The notes below the pieces were generated by a model. That model saw only the letters and a list, made by a program, of their open reading frames with translations, made no database searches and had not been told where the DNA came from. Below are positions 1 to 14,050 of a DNA stretch of 64,000 nt, in pieces. A program made the position numbers and the translations under genes. The stretch lies in assembly GCF_964204645.1 (NCBI RefSeq), contig NC_134031.1:992001-1056000 (forward strand), read 5' to 3'. Positions within the stretch are counted from its first letter, which is position 1. Every line of letters begins with the position of its first letter. This DNA comes from Tubulanus polymorphus. Taxonomy: Eukaryota > Animalia > Nemertea.

Positions 1-1389
1 CATTTTCTACAAAAACATTGTTTGATTGTTTGTTAATTTGCTTAACATGAAAACTATGTTAGGGCTTAATTTTTGTGTTCCTTTTCATATCAAAATATAC
101 ACGAAAAAAATTTGATTTAGATGTGGATCTGGTTACGTGTGTTAGTGCGCGTGTTATCGTGTGGCGCCGGAATTGTGACTTCTCACGACAGCGGCGACCG
201 CCATTAACTAGATCCAACATCCACACGCCGCCACGACACATCAAAAAAAAAACCTGAACTCAACAGTAGCCCGCTTAATCACGTGATTTATACACTCGAT
301 TTCCGAACGTTAATTTAACTTAACCGACAGAAAAATCTATCGATTATCTGTCGTCTGCCATAGCGAGGATATTATACCTGGATGGTTAATAGTGCCGTCT
401 ATACAACGAGCGCTCTCTCTCTCTCTCTCGCTCCTACCTTCATAACTTCATAACTTCTTCATACACACACGCGATTTTCATCAGAAATTCATCATCATTT
501 CTATCGACGAATTTCATTATGAAACAAAGCGGTTTTTTCTACTACACGAAGATTATATTATATCGTAAATAATGAACATCGTTAGGTTTTTATTAGAAGG
601 TGTAGACCTAGTACCTATAATACATCACTGAATGGATGAAAGCAGAGATTAGGACCCAGTTTCAGAGTTATCGACTAAAGCCAGAATCAGTTCCTGTTTA
701 TCCAAATCCACCGCCCCCGCCACCCGGAGCTGAATCTGTTGACAGTTCCTGATTCTCGTTTAAAACTCTAGAATTATCTACCAATTCGATTTTTTTCCTC
801 TTCGATATCGTACGGTTTCGTTAATCTGAATGAATGGTTTTTGTAGGGTTTGAGGGTTTTTTTAGGAAGAATTGTCGAATTTTCTACGAGTGGTGCGCGA
901 AGCCTTTTTCGGTAATCACGCGGTAAAGCGTGTTATTCAACGCCCCCCCCCCCCTTCCTCCCTACGACGGATGCATTTCAGGTTCAGATATAGCGGTTTT
1001 CTTGGAAGAATATAAATCCCGTTCTCTCACCGATCCAATTCCATATTTGGAGTTCTGCCGCGTTTATACGGTGCTAAGCGAATAGTAACTAGAGTAGCCG
1101 GAGTCTGAAGATCTGTCAGAGGACGGGTCTACCTACGCTTCTTGTGAAATAGTATAACGTGTTGATGAATTATATATAAGTGTCGGGATGGTTCCTGTCA
1201 ATAAGGCTGCACCAAACTGATTTTCTTGTTAGTTCTATTCACTAGCGACGACATTTCCGTATCAGTAAATAGTGATCGTATTTCAATATTCGTAGAATAT
1301 CTTCTCTTGTCTGTTGTTGATTTCACAGATTCTTGTTCGTGGCGTTTTGCCAAAGTCAAACCAACGCAGAAGCGATTGAGATGTCGGCG

Positions 1390-1540
1390 AGTTTACTTGG
1401 GGAGGGGGTAGAGGGGTGCGGGGAGGGAGAGTACAGGGGTGGAAGAGGGAGAAGGGCGCGACGTAAACAAGTTTACACGGGGAGGGAGCACGGGAGGCCG
1501 AGAGAGGGAGAGCGCAGAGACGCGACGTGACGTCAACGAT
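1390..1540 (-). promoter_or_regulatory. Putative promoter of a leftward gene whose coding part lies outside the window
   Basis: GA/GC-rich patch with a full CRE TGACGTCA (1528-1535) and an inverted forkhead-type pair GTAAAC-AA-GTTTAC (1463-1476). Candidate - strand donor G|GTGAGA at 1031/1030, weak acceptor at 254-255, and AAAATG at the window edge (positions 3-1). Confidence 0.35.
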
Positions 1541-2257
1541 TTCAACGAGTTTTGAATTATCAGTAGGGGCATTCTAAACAGTTAAGGATTGTTCAATACT
1601 TTAAGCTTTTTATTCTTCCGCTGACATGATACCCACCAAACCCGATAGACGACAACTATACAGGCAGCATCTTTCCACACGGAAAATAAACTTGCGTTAG
1701 AGGGATATAAAATATTTACAGCATTGACTTTAAACCTTATCAAAAAGGTTCATTATTTCACAGCAGAATATTCAATCTATCCTCTTCAAGAGATAAGAAA
1801 AAAACAGCAGCAGCAGCAGTTCCCGAAACAACAGTAGCATCTGTAACAACAACAGCAGCAGCAGCAGCGGCAGCAGTAGTATTTAGTATGTATCGTGTTG
1901 TGATCTGAGAAATTCCGCACTTTCGGGCTTTCAATTAAATTAATCTTGCCGATTTGTGCTGACTGTTCATCTGGCTGTTCCTCAATTTCAATCCGTAACA
2001 ACGCTTGAACGGATATTAAACGAACGAAAGCAAATAATTGTTTTTGTCTGAAATAAGCATTTCGACTTTGTTCCTACGCTGAAACATGATCGAACTGCCA
2101 AGTGCCCTCGAGGCGTACAGCACACTCCGACAGCAATGTGGACTTGTCGCACTAGGTTCACGAGCGTGTTCTACCGGTGTGAGTTCTCATCGAAGAATGT
2201 TGCACTCGTTGCCGTAAATGTGATTTACTTTGCGTGCAATTTAAAAAGTTCGTTCTC

Positions 2258-2266
2258 AAAAAAAAA
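2258..2266 (-). terminator. RNA Pol III terminator (T9 run) 3 nt downstream of tRNA-Asp
   Basis: A9 on the + strand reads T9 on the - strand just past the tRNA 3' end. Confidence 0.85.
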
Positions 2267-2269
2267 GAT

Positions 2270-2341
2270 CTCCCCGGCCGGGAATCGAACCCGGGTCTCG
2301 CACGTGACAGGCGCGGATACTCACCACTATACTACCGAGGA
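2270..2341 (-). tRNA. tRNA-Asp-GTC: tRNA-Asp(GTC), intact cloverleaf
   Basis: Reverse complement TCCTCGGTAGTATAGTGGTGAGTATCCGCGCCTGTCACGTGCGAGACCCGGGTTCGATTCCCGGCCGGGGAG. Acceptor stem TCCTCGG/CCGGGGA plus G discriminator; anticodon arm CGCGC-CTGTCAC-GTGCG; T-arm CCGGG-TTCGATT-CCCGG; A and B boxes intact. Confidence 0.97.
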
Positions 2342-5300
2342 TTGATGACATGTTGAAGAGAACAAAATTGTTACATTATGTAGAATATTCTGTTCCATTA
2401 AACTGTTCCATGATTAGATAAATTGCTTTAAACTGCAATAGAAATCCTTGTCGTTGCTTCCAGCGTCTTATTCTCGACTATTTTTGAATCTCTACTATCG
2501 TATATGTTGATATCATGCCTTGATAGTTATCGAATTTCCTGTAAATCGTAGCATTCGTTCTCACGATGTGATGTAGGCTATCGTTGACGTCACGCAACGT
2601 ATATTTTTACGCGATTCACCGACTTTTACAAGGTCAAAACCTCTCGGTGACATTTGATGAATCTGAAATAGATTAATTTGTGCAGCTATTTTTGGTAAAG
2701 ATTAATGACTTGATTTTCCACATGAATCGGGTTTGCATAACATCGATTTCAGACGGGGTCCAGATCCCTTTCGATGTGTTGTGTATATATGGATTTCTGA
2801 CGAGCTAGTTCCTAAAAGAAATCTCCTGCGACAGGTCGCGATTTTCTTCCGAATAATTCGTCGAATACAAGATTAAGATTCATTTTTGAAGTTGTTTTGC
2901 AATCGAGAGATCTTAAATAGCATTCGGGAACTCTAGGCGCCATCTCATCAATCGGTTCGTTTTTCAGTCGGTTGTGGCGTTGGTGAAGACCGGATGTCTT
3001 TCCCATAGAATTGAGTAGTTGCCAAATAGAGGAAAAAGCAGTATCTATTTTCAAAAAAAAACTGAAAATGAAAATAATTCAAAACATTATCAGAAGTTAT
3101 TATACAGCAAGCCCCCTATTGTAATACGTTCCAGCGCCGCGGCTCTGTCACAGAGATAAGCTCTATATATATACGCCATTTTTCCTGTGTAGTAAGGTGT
3201 ATATCAGCTCATTAGTTAACCCTTTGATGAACTATGGTCATCTTGTTTGTTAATAAACGATAAAGATAATTAGATGAATGTAGGTGATTACGGGAGGAGG
3301 TATAGATGTGTCTGGTGTGTGTAAGATTATCTCTACTTCACTGAATCATGATAAAACCACGCGCTGTGAAGCTGCTGATAATTGCCGATCGTTTGTACAA
3401 GTGATGCAAAATGACAATTATCGCTTTTATCCGGCGCAGCCACGAACGAAAGAAGAAGGTTTGTATACGTGCGACTTGATCGGTGTGAGTATCGATCCAC
3501 CTGAGATTTCAGCAAGTAATAAACGCGGCTGTCTATGGACCCGAGCCATGCCTGAAGCAGTTCCAAGCCCCGAGTCGGTCCCGAGTCGGTTACGGTCCTG
3601 AATTGGCCCCGATTTGGTTTCGACTCAGCCCCGAGTCGTTCCCCAGCCAGTCCCGAAGCGGCCGCGAGTCAGTCTCGGGCTGCCCCATGCCATGTCGACC
3701 ATAATCGGTTACGATCGCCCCGAGTGCGCACGCACGCCTGTTACTATAGGGAAATACGGCAGACCAGGTAACACAAGTCGATGTGATGGAAGACTGCGGA
3801 TTTTTAAATGTCATCTCTCATTGTCATCAACTGCGTATAAAGCAGCAGGGAATATGTGATCATTATTTTTCCTTCACTTCCGGCCTTTTCTCAGCCGTCC
3901 GGACCGCCGACAGCCGTCGACGCTACTACTGTGGCAATCGAGGTTCCGCTAGGTGCGCTGTTCAGCAGTCTCCGACGCCAAATCTCTGTGCACAAGCTCA
4001 GTGAAATTATTCATCGTAACTGACTTATTCGGTCTGGTCGTATCGATAGTAATGTCGTCTGCTGTCACTCAAAAGTTAAACAGTTGTCACGTTCATTTAA
4101 TTGAATATTATTTAGTGCAATTTGTGATTTTGTAAACGAAGTGTGGATCCCAGATTTCTAATTAATAACGCCTGTCGCTCGGGTATATAGATGCAGTTCT
4201 TCCAAATACGATTCAGTTTTCCGTCATTGATTACGGCTTGTGTAAACAGCACCATGTTGATCCGGATGCTTAGCCAATTAGACTCCGACTAACCGGACAA
4301 ACATGAATAACACTGCAGCCAGTCACTCGACGACAAAACCAGATGATAGTCGGCGGAATCCATCATTTTTGAATACGTCGCTAATGTCAAGGTCACGTGG
4401 AGTTTGCGGTTATGATTATGCTTGCGTATCGCATTATTTGGTGTAGACTTGCAGTAGTTTAACTCGTGGTAGACGCGGCCTTCGATGATCCTACCGCTGA
4501 CAGGAGACTGCATAATAAAATCATAAAATCAGCGCTAATCCTATTTTTCATAACGTCTTGATAAGAAATTATCGGCAATTATTGCTGGCGACAATTTATA
4601 GGTAGGATCATCATAAATAATGATCTATAATGATGATTTATACGGGAGGATGGCTGTGAGTTCTGATTCCTACCGCGGCTGATCCACATAATTTAAGAGC
4701 CTTTTGCAGCCCCTCTCCGCACGGTTTCGTTGTAGCAGTGAATTCTGAAATCATTTCAAAAAGAATTCAGCCCCACTCGCGTTCTCGAGTGCACTGAAAG
4801 AGTTCTGAGCAAACGAGACCCAACTTTAATTTGGTGCCAGAGGGAAATTAAAATGCCATCTACCGAGTTTAAGGTTGAAAGAAATATTATCCAATTCAGA
4901 ATTGAAGGAGTTTCTGAGCGCCTCGAATGAAATTAATCACGTAACCTCGGCAACCGGTTAACGTCGGCGATTGTTGGAAGAATTTGACCTCGCATTCAGT
5001 CGTGTGAAATGTTCCGCTGTTGTCATATTATCTCCTGGTCGCAGAGTCTATTAAAGATGACTATTTACGGAAGCGAAAGTAAAATGTCACACTGCTCACC
5101 AAATTTTGGAGACTGCTGAAATAATAGATCAGATTGAAATTGGATATTGTACCAGAATTAGATACCATAGCATCCCAATCAAATTCTGTTTATTACCGGG
5201 CGTATCGGTGGATAAGTCAACAAGGTGTTTTCCCAGTAACACGTGATGAAACAGGAAGTACGATGATCTTTGCTTACGGCGTCGAAATATTGAAAAAATC

Positions 5301-8208
5301 TTGAACATTCGAATCTAACATAATACGATAAGGAAAGTAAAACGAACGTTTTGAAGAAAACGAAGCCAAAAGCGACTGAAATATAATAGCGTTGAATTTG
5401 TTTTTCAAGCTTTGAAGTTGTTTTTTATTTCACCCATCAGTCTGTAGTGACAAAAATGCGCAACCTTTAATTGAACTTACAATGAACCGAAGAAGAATCG
5501 ATCGCTTTTTCAATTGTTTTCTCATCGGTAAATTAACGGGTTTTGAGTGATTTTATGCTTCGCGGAGCCCTGAAGACTGAATTACTACGAAGGTAAAGGT
5601 CAGCATTTCTCAAGGTCATAGATAAACTGCGCGCAATATAGCAACTGACTGCAGCTAAAACAAAAGATGTGATCACCTTCTAGTGGGAGTAGGCCTATAA
5701 ACCTTATGTGACTAAATTCCAGGTGATTTTATGAAAAAATAAGAAATATAAGGATTAGTAACCAATAACTTAGAAAAGACGTTACAATTTGCATGTATCG
5801 GAATGATAAGTGGGTAGACTTTGGAACGAACAGCCTCTCTGGAAATTAAAAGTTAGATTAACACGGCAGCATTTTTTCAATTTGTTTTGTTGAATAGGCA
5901 CCGCGACGGTTATTCTCTACAAATTGAATCATAGAACTATTTTTCGAAGCTCACGGCGCCGCGCGTGCGGTGTCTTTAATCATGTGACTTGTCTATTAAT
6001 CGATTCGGCGGAGTAATCGATACAGACTCGTCGCATCAATCAATCCGCGCGTTGGTTTTCAATTTCGAGCTCGACGAGCGACCGGGTTTATTTTTCTCTT
6101 ACTAATAACAAAACGAATGGAAAACTGAACGGGATAATTCTATTCCGTTCATTCTCACTTCAGTGTTAACCTATATACGCCAGGCCGGGGAATCGTTCGT
6201 CTATACGCGAGACGATTAATCAAATTTCGAATTCGATTGTCTGACCTGGATTACGTGGAATTGAACGTATTGATAATAATGGAACCACGACGTGTCCTGT
6301 TGAGAGTGATAGTTAGAGATATAGCGGTTTAATTTGATGGAGTCGAAATTAGTTCATTCGGCTTTAGACAGTAAAACACACGCGCAACTCTTTAGAAATC
6401 ATGTTGATTACGGCAGCAAGACTCAGTTTCACAAACTCGACAATATGAATCATTTGAATCGAATTAATTTCTTCGTCAATTCAGTTAATTCTTAATCGAT
6501 TTATGAGTTCATCCTTTTTTTGTGAAACTGTGTCCAATTTCGCGAAAAAGCTAATATCAAATATTTGGTTTGATAGCTACTGTTTATTAGTTCCCGGTTT
6601 CAATGAGACCAACAATTTAATTAACCGTTTCAAACTCAAACCGTTTTCATATAACTACGCCCTGACGTTTGAGTCGAATGTTTGAAATTGAACTTTCGAC
6701 TCTGTTTAATACGTTTCGATGTTGCGGTAATTTTCCCTTTACAAGTCGAAGAATTTATGACGTCATTTGTCATACACGCATTTTACTGCCGCCGATGAAT
6801 TAAACTCTCTTTCAATTCTCAATTCTCAATTCGCATTAGCAGTTCAAATTATCATACCTTCAAGGGGCAATTTTACCACGAAGGTAATTTCCCTGGCCTC
6901 GTGGAAAATGTGGCGGTGATGGCGGTGACGGTACTTTATATCGTTAAGGTGGTCTCGCCGATAAGTAACCGTATTTATAAAGCCTCCTGATGCGGTTGCG
7001 TCGCAACTGGCTGAGTTGCATTCTTTCAGCGAGTTCCGGTAGACTTAGTGATTTCCGTTTTCACGGGATCTATCGTTATAAAATACCGAGCTGCGCTGAA
7101 ATAGCAAGAAAAAACTGACAGGAAACAGTTATGGCACTTTTACCTCGATGACCGATGGCACTTTTTATTTTCTATTTTCTTTTTTCTCTGTGTTCTCTCT
7201 CGAGCACGCGCGATCAGATATGACCATCGCGGATTAGGGGAGAATGAAACCTCGCGCGGTTTGAAACAGAGTTTAACAGAGTTTTACAGAGTTTAACAGA
7301 GTTTAAACAGCCAATATGACGTTCTGTGACGTCATGTACAGGTTGTTATCTTAGCACTCGTCCGATCGCCCGGAACAAGTTTATTTTCATTAAGGCAAGT
7401 AGGCTGTCGTTATCACTCGTCCACCGGGCTAGTGCAATATTATGTCTCAAAGCTTTTTTTCCTATTCGATACAATAAATGACAGATTGTGCCGCCGATCA
7501 GACTGCCCGTGTAGGGTAAGTTGATTTCTGAGGGGTCAAGCGAAATTTCAGATATGCTATTTCAGATATACGGGCAAGTGGCTTTTATCCCTTATATCGA
7601 ACCCTGTTTACAGTTTACATAGTCTGATTATTTGTTATTTTAAACATGTAATCGGAATTGATGGCTGTAAATGAAATGTATACGCGTTAAAGCTGCGATT
7701 GATCTTTACCGAGCGAATGATCTGAAAGCAGACGACACTATAGTCACGTGTTGCCCGGGGCTGTATTTATCTTTATCTAGTAGTTACCGTCGATGTTCTG
7801 TTTATTAGATGATTAAAAAATACTATAAAAACGCTTGAAACCATTGAGAACGAACGACAGACGCCTCTGCGTTCGAACTCTTATTCCAAATGTTAAAGCA
7901 TTTCTTTTTTCGGAATGATGAACCCGCCTACGCGTTATCGATCCGCGGTAAATGCTGTTTCATTCAAAAATTATGACGTCCAATACGTGCTGATCAATTC
8001 TTCATTTTGTTTCCCGTTGCTGTCGCTCTGTCTGCGTCCGTCCATCGCGACTCGAAGCGGCGACGGTGCCTGCGACGGTTACCGGATAAAATTTCAACAC
8101 CCCAGAGAAATTTACGCGTTGCATATTGACATTTCATGACCGAGGCGCGTTGGGGTATGATTGAGTTGTCGAATTCGGTGAATTGTTTTCAAATGCAGTC
8201 TCACAAAC

Positions 8209-8347
<139 letters not shown>

Positions 8348-8699
8348 TTTGTATAGATATGAAGATGAAAATTGTGCGGAAACACAGAAGATCGATCGAT
8401 ACTCAGCATTCTCGGGGCTCAGGGGTTTGTGTCGAATCCTCCTGTCGATGAAAAGGCTTTATCAAATTATATACTAAACAAATTTACTTTTAATACGGAA
8501 AACATTTTGATACGTATCTATAATACGACAATCCCTTATAGCTGATTTTCACGGCTAGTTTCTTCCTACTGTCGATGAAAATTTACTCGTGAAACAAGAC
8601 CTTATCCTAATATACCTAACCAATAAGATATCTACTCAAAAAACTTCCCCTCGTTTAGAAGAAATAGATAAAACGAGGCCTACATTTTCTTCACTCCTG

Positions 8700-8846
8700 G
8701 GCCCGGTTTCATAGACTGAGTATCAAAGTTATTCCTAGGGGTAAATCGTCAACCACCATAGTAACAATGAGAAACCATGGTTATAACTGACGAATTTCAA
8801 AATATTCCCAGGGACTGTTTTTCTTCCACGTCTATGAGACCCAGCC
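8700..8846. mobile_element. MITE with CTG target-site duplication (PIF/Harbinger-like)
   Basis: TIRs GGCCCGGTTTCATAGAC / GGCTGGGTCTCATAGAC (14/17 match); CTG on both sides (8697-8699, 8847-8849); diverged inverted copy at 18073-18238. Confidence 0.8.
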
Positions 8847-9217
8847 CTGATGATAATGGTCTCTTGAGTGGGTCTGAAACGACGTGTATTTTGATTTTCT
8901 TATTCTGACGAATTAATTTCCTATTGATCTTTTAAATGTGTTTATAGCGGTTTTAAATCGTATTGCCAGACAGCCGGTACGTTGTCTGTTTGTAAACACT
9001 AACGAACTAAAACGTACCTCGGCGGAGTACACGCAGACTAGTGCCGCCGGAGTGACCCGTCAACGCTATAAATTACTCGTAAGACGGCTATAAATCGTCA
9101 CAATTTACAACACGGTAGTAAATACATCATCGCTACGAGTTTAAACGATAAAATCGTAATAATCCACTACTCGGCATATAAAGATAAAACCATGTCTGTG
9201 CATCTTTTTCTTCTTTC

Positions 9218-9592
9218 CCCTCCCTCCCTCCCTCTCTCCTCTCTCTCCCTCTCTCCCTCTCTCCCTCTCTCCCTCTCTCCCTCTCTCCCTCTCTCCCTCT
9301 CTCCCTCTCTCCCTCTCTCCCTCTCTCCCTCTCTCCCTCTCTCCCTCTCTCCCTCTCTCCCTCTCTCCCTCTCTCCCTCTCTCCCTCTCTCCCTCTCTCC
9401 CTCTCTCCCTCTCTCCCTCTCTCCCTCTCTCCCTCTCTCCCTCTCTCCCTCTCTCCCTCTCTCCCTCTCTCCCTCTCTCCCTCTCTCCCTCTCTCCCTCT
9501 CTCCCTCTCTCCCTCTCTCCCTCTCTCCCTCTCTCCCTCTCTCCCTCTCTCCCTCTCTCCCTCTCTCCCTCTCTCCCTCTCTCCCTCTCTCC

Positions 9593-9644
<52 letters not shown>
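9218..9644. repeat. (CCCTCTCT)n followed by (CT)n
   Basis: Period 8; the same unit recurs at 46490-46595. Confidence 0.97.
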
Positions 9645-9645
<1 letters not shown>

Positions 9646-10849
9646 ATTAAGAATCTCGTCAGTTCTAGTAACAAAAACATAACACTAATTTCCCCACACC
9701 TAAACTCGGTTCCTTAGTGCAAATATGGTCTTAAATCTAGATACTAGAATAGAGCCAGTGGCTGACAGCTTGTTTTAACCAATGGATAGTTGAAATATAT
9801 ATTAGCCGGTATCTTTGACCAACTTTAGACCAATTGCAGCCCCTGGTTTTAGATTGTTAGATTGGTGTAATTAATAGAACACTGGTCATATTAAATCTAA
9901 GCCATGATTATGAAATTCTTCGCTGAGTCCAGGGGCCAGTTCTATAGTCGACATTTAAGACCAAAAGTAGTTTTAAACCTTACGACTATAGAACTAAGTC
10001 GGTCTTAGAGATCGGTCTTAACCGACAACAATTCAAACTTAACCGTTAAAAATTGAACCTTTCGTACTCAACCATGTAATTGAAACCAGGCTAATCCTGT
10101 ATACATTGTTGACAGACGTCTATTATATCATTTGCGAAAATTCATCTAAAATCATCAAAATGTCAGAGTGTGGGTGTTTGTTCCTATACACTGCATATAC
10201 TATATCTTTAAACGTCGTTCCGTCGTTTTTTTCTGTGTATATTATGAAGGTTGTCACGAAACAAAACTCTTTACCGCCTTTTCAGCGAGCTGGGAATATA
10301 AGTTCGAAGGTCAGGAGCGCTTAGATAAACGTCGTTGGTTGACATTTTGAAGTAGATATATCTATTCACCTTACTCGCGTTCGCTGATGTTTCAGAGTTC
10401 GCGATACTGCAACATACAGATATATAATCAACAGACTTGGCAAAATAATTTGGTTACAATGTGCGTTTCTTGGAATTTGCAAGGATATTCTATCGTCACA
10501 ATCGCGCGCTAATGAACTATTTGTGCGGCCACAATGACCGTGTTAGCACGACGACCAGCCACACCCAGCGGTACAGCGCTCACAGTAATACCTATCACAA
10601 ATCCCCAGATTGTATACCACCAATTAATTAGCGACGGACAATTATGTTTGTAGTCGCTTTGGATGCTTACTGTTTGTGCGATAAGGCGATATCGTCCACC
10701 TTCTATAAAATGGTATAAAAGTAGCGGGAAAACGATGAAAAAAGTCAACGTAAATATTGTCCATTTGGTTTCTAATGATAATCGTCTGGTTCTTGGTAAT
10801 TATGTTGTATTCAGCAGTCGGGGTTTCTCCTATTTTGGTGCGGCCTTCT

Positions 10850-11111
10850 CTGGGCGGATCCAAGGGGTTTGAGGGGTCTCAACCAAACCCGTTTTCGAAA
10901 ATTTTCTGCTAGCGTTATCACAACTAGCCACAATTCAAATCTTTAACCATTTCAATTTCGGCATCTGTCAGAAATTACTGTAAATAATGCACAAGTTTTT
11001 ATGATTGCATTTTTCATCGAATAGAAATTGCATGGGAAAACACTGCTCTTGCCCCTGCCCCCCTACCTCCCCCCCCCCTCACCTCTGCTCGAATTTCTGG
11101 ATCTGCCCCTG
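10850..11111. mobile_element. MITE with CAGGGGCGGATCCAG-type TIRs
   Basis: Left CTGGGCGGATCCAAG, right CTGGATCTGCCCCTG; internal G/C runs; partial relative ending ~18460. Confidence 0.6.
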
Positions 11112-11741
11112 CTGCTAGTTTCGGGGATGTCCTTTCATGTGTCAGGCATGTGTAGATACCGTGTAGTCGCATTAATTTATAAAGCATAATTGCTTGTATA
11201 CATATTGTAAAATCGAATCCATTTCTTCTCAAGTAATCATGTGCTAAATACATATAGAATAAGAAAAGTAACAGGTTTAAAACAGGTTTTTGTCGCATTT
11301 AATGATTCAAATAATCACAATGATAATAAACGATTAGCTGAAAATCAAACGAAGGTATATAATCATTGACTTTAGATGTGAATAAGAGTACAGAGAAATT
11401 TAAAGCGATTTTAATCAAAAGCTTTGATGAACAAATGGGTTTATAATGATATATATATATACCCGTTGTTTAAATCTACGCGTTAAATTGCGTTATTGTT
11501 TTTTGTCTTCGATCAGTGAAGCTGATTATTAGCGCTCGGCAATACGACAGTTGAATATAATGCACGTAATAATTGCTGCTGATTCTGCTGCTTCGAAGGC
11601 ATCAAATCGAGTGAATTTAGCGGCAATAGCGATTTGTTGAATGAGCACCACACGTGCATTCCCTCGCGTCTATAGATTATAACCACGCCCGTTCGCTTTA
11701 AGACGAGTACTTCCGCCTTGTTCCCAGGCGATGCTCTTTAT

Positions 11742-12021
<280 letters not shown>

Positions 12022-13778
12022 GAAAATACCATTAGTATCAACGCGTTTTTCGAAACCATAGTAAAACCATGTACGATGATCATGCCCCGTGTATTATCAT
12101 ACAGTATAGCTGGCTGTAATGGCAAATCCACGTCTTTAAGCAAGCAACCATAGGAAAAAATGCCAGAACACAAAGATTATGCCTCCGTCCGAAAACCGTC
12201 TTATTTTCTGCGAAGTCACGTAGAAATTCTCGGTAATGACGGCTAATTTTATCGCAATTAGTTTTTTCTACAGACGAGGTATTATCACTGGCACCTTAAA
12301 TGTCACTGGTAGAGATGAACGAGCTGTTTTTACGCCGATAAATACCATATTCGATGATTAGGACCTGGTTACTGGAGTGCGTTGTTGTTTTATGCGGTAC
12401 GAAGGTATTACTATGTGTGACCGAACACAACGATAAACAAATAAAAGAACGACTAAATATTCATTTGTACCCAGTTCGACAGCGGTGAGACACCACAGTT
12501 TCACACCAGAGTTTCACACCACATATCACACTACAGTTAACTGATTGACAAGAATGTCTAGTAAGAAGAAATAGCCCAGTGAATTACTATGGAATTGACC
12601 CCTGTGATATTTTCCACATTTGAGTCGAACATAATTCGAAGCTAAACTCACATGCCATATCTCTGTTGAATACCATTATTAACTCTTCAATTTCTATAAT
12701 TATAATAATTATAATATTTATTTCATCATCAATTGATTATAGAAATGCAAAGAACACGATAGAATTAGTATATAAGAGATAGGGAACTGAATGGAACCAT
12801 GAAGGCCGTACTCAAACACTAGTACGTTCATGCATGCCCCTTATAAAAGTCTAACAAATTTAAGTAATAATATCAAATCTATTTAATCAAATCTGTTTTT
12901 ATTTATTCATCAAACGTTGGTAAAAACTGCGAACATAAATAGAATAACTGTCACTGATGCGCCAGTCGTTATTGGTCGTTCATTAGAATTTATGAATTTT
13001 ACTCTAATTTCCTTTCGATTCAATTATTTCTAGTATTAATTTTTCCGCGATGGATTTCTCCCAAACGTGTGCTTAATTTGAATATTCAAAAATCATATAC
13101 GTTACTAAAGAAACAGCTACAGATACAAATCATGTGGGTATCCGGATAGTCTGTGTGTAATCCGGATAGTCTGGGTTTGTTGTATGTATAGACATATTTA
13201 ATAGACTGTGAAATTGATAAGCATGTTGATTTATATTGATTCTCAAACGACTTCTCAAGCCGTAATAATGGAAATATCGCATAAAACAAATTTTATCGGC
13301 CAGATTTTGCACGTTCTTCTGGCGTCGTTAATATTAACTGGCATGCCTTAGAAACGCTCCGTCGTTAGGTTAGTGCTCAATCATTACCGCGATAGTCCGA
13401 ACACTAGCGCCGCCATTTTTAATCGGTTGCTCCTCGAGGCACCGCCGGCGCCGCGGCCAGAAAAGCAATAACTTGGCACTGAAGAAAATAATAGAAAATC
13501 GTGGTCGCCCGGCCGCCGGTGCGAGGTCTTCAAAGGAAATAGCGTAAATAGACCGATATCCTGCGGATGAACAGGAAAAGTCATATTTACGAGCAGAAAA
13601 TGATATTAGCATAAATTCTTTGTGTCTACGGGGTATATTAGTATAATTATAGGTAGATAAGAATTCGTAATTCGACTTTTACAGCGAAATGATGACAATT
13701 CTTCATCCCGTGAAGCGGCTGCGAGTGTGAACACACTAGACACACTGTTCAACAGTCGCGCAGCTACAGATTAGCAGC

Positions 13779-14050
13779 TGCGATCACTCCCGCCCAAATC
13801 TTACCCGTACCAGATAAGGCCCCAACCGTTCACACTGGTGCTAGATGGGCCCGTACCTGTTTGGCGCGGGTCAATCTATTCCGAAGAATGCTAGCTGGTT
13901 ACGGATGCGATTCACCTCGCTTGCCAGGGCATCGTTTTCATAGCATGATAGTAACGAGTAAGTGGTTTACGTGTGAACGCGCTCTAGTCTTATCAAGCAT
14001 CGACCAAATTTGACTCTGGTCACAATTTGACCTCGGCCAAATCGTCTCCC
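13779..14050. mobile_element. Diverged copy of the 63137-63502 element
   Basis: Shared blocks in the same order: GCGATCAC, CAACCGTTCACA, CTTGCCA..GCATCGTTT, TGTGAACGCGCTCT, TTTGACC..GGCYAAATCGTCTCC. Confidence 0.65.
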
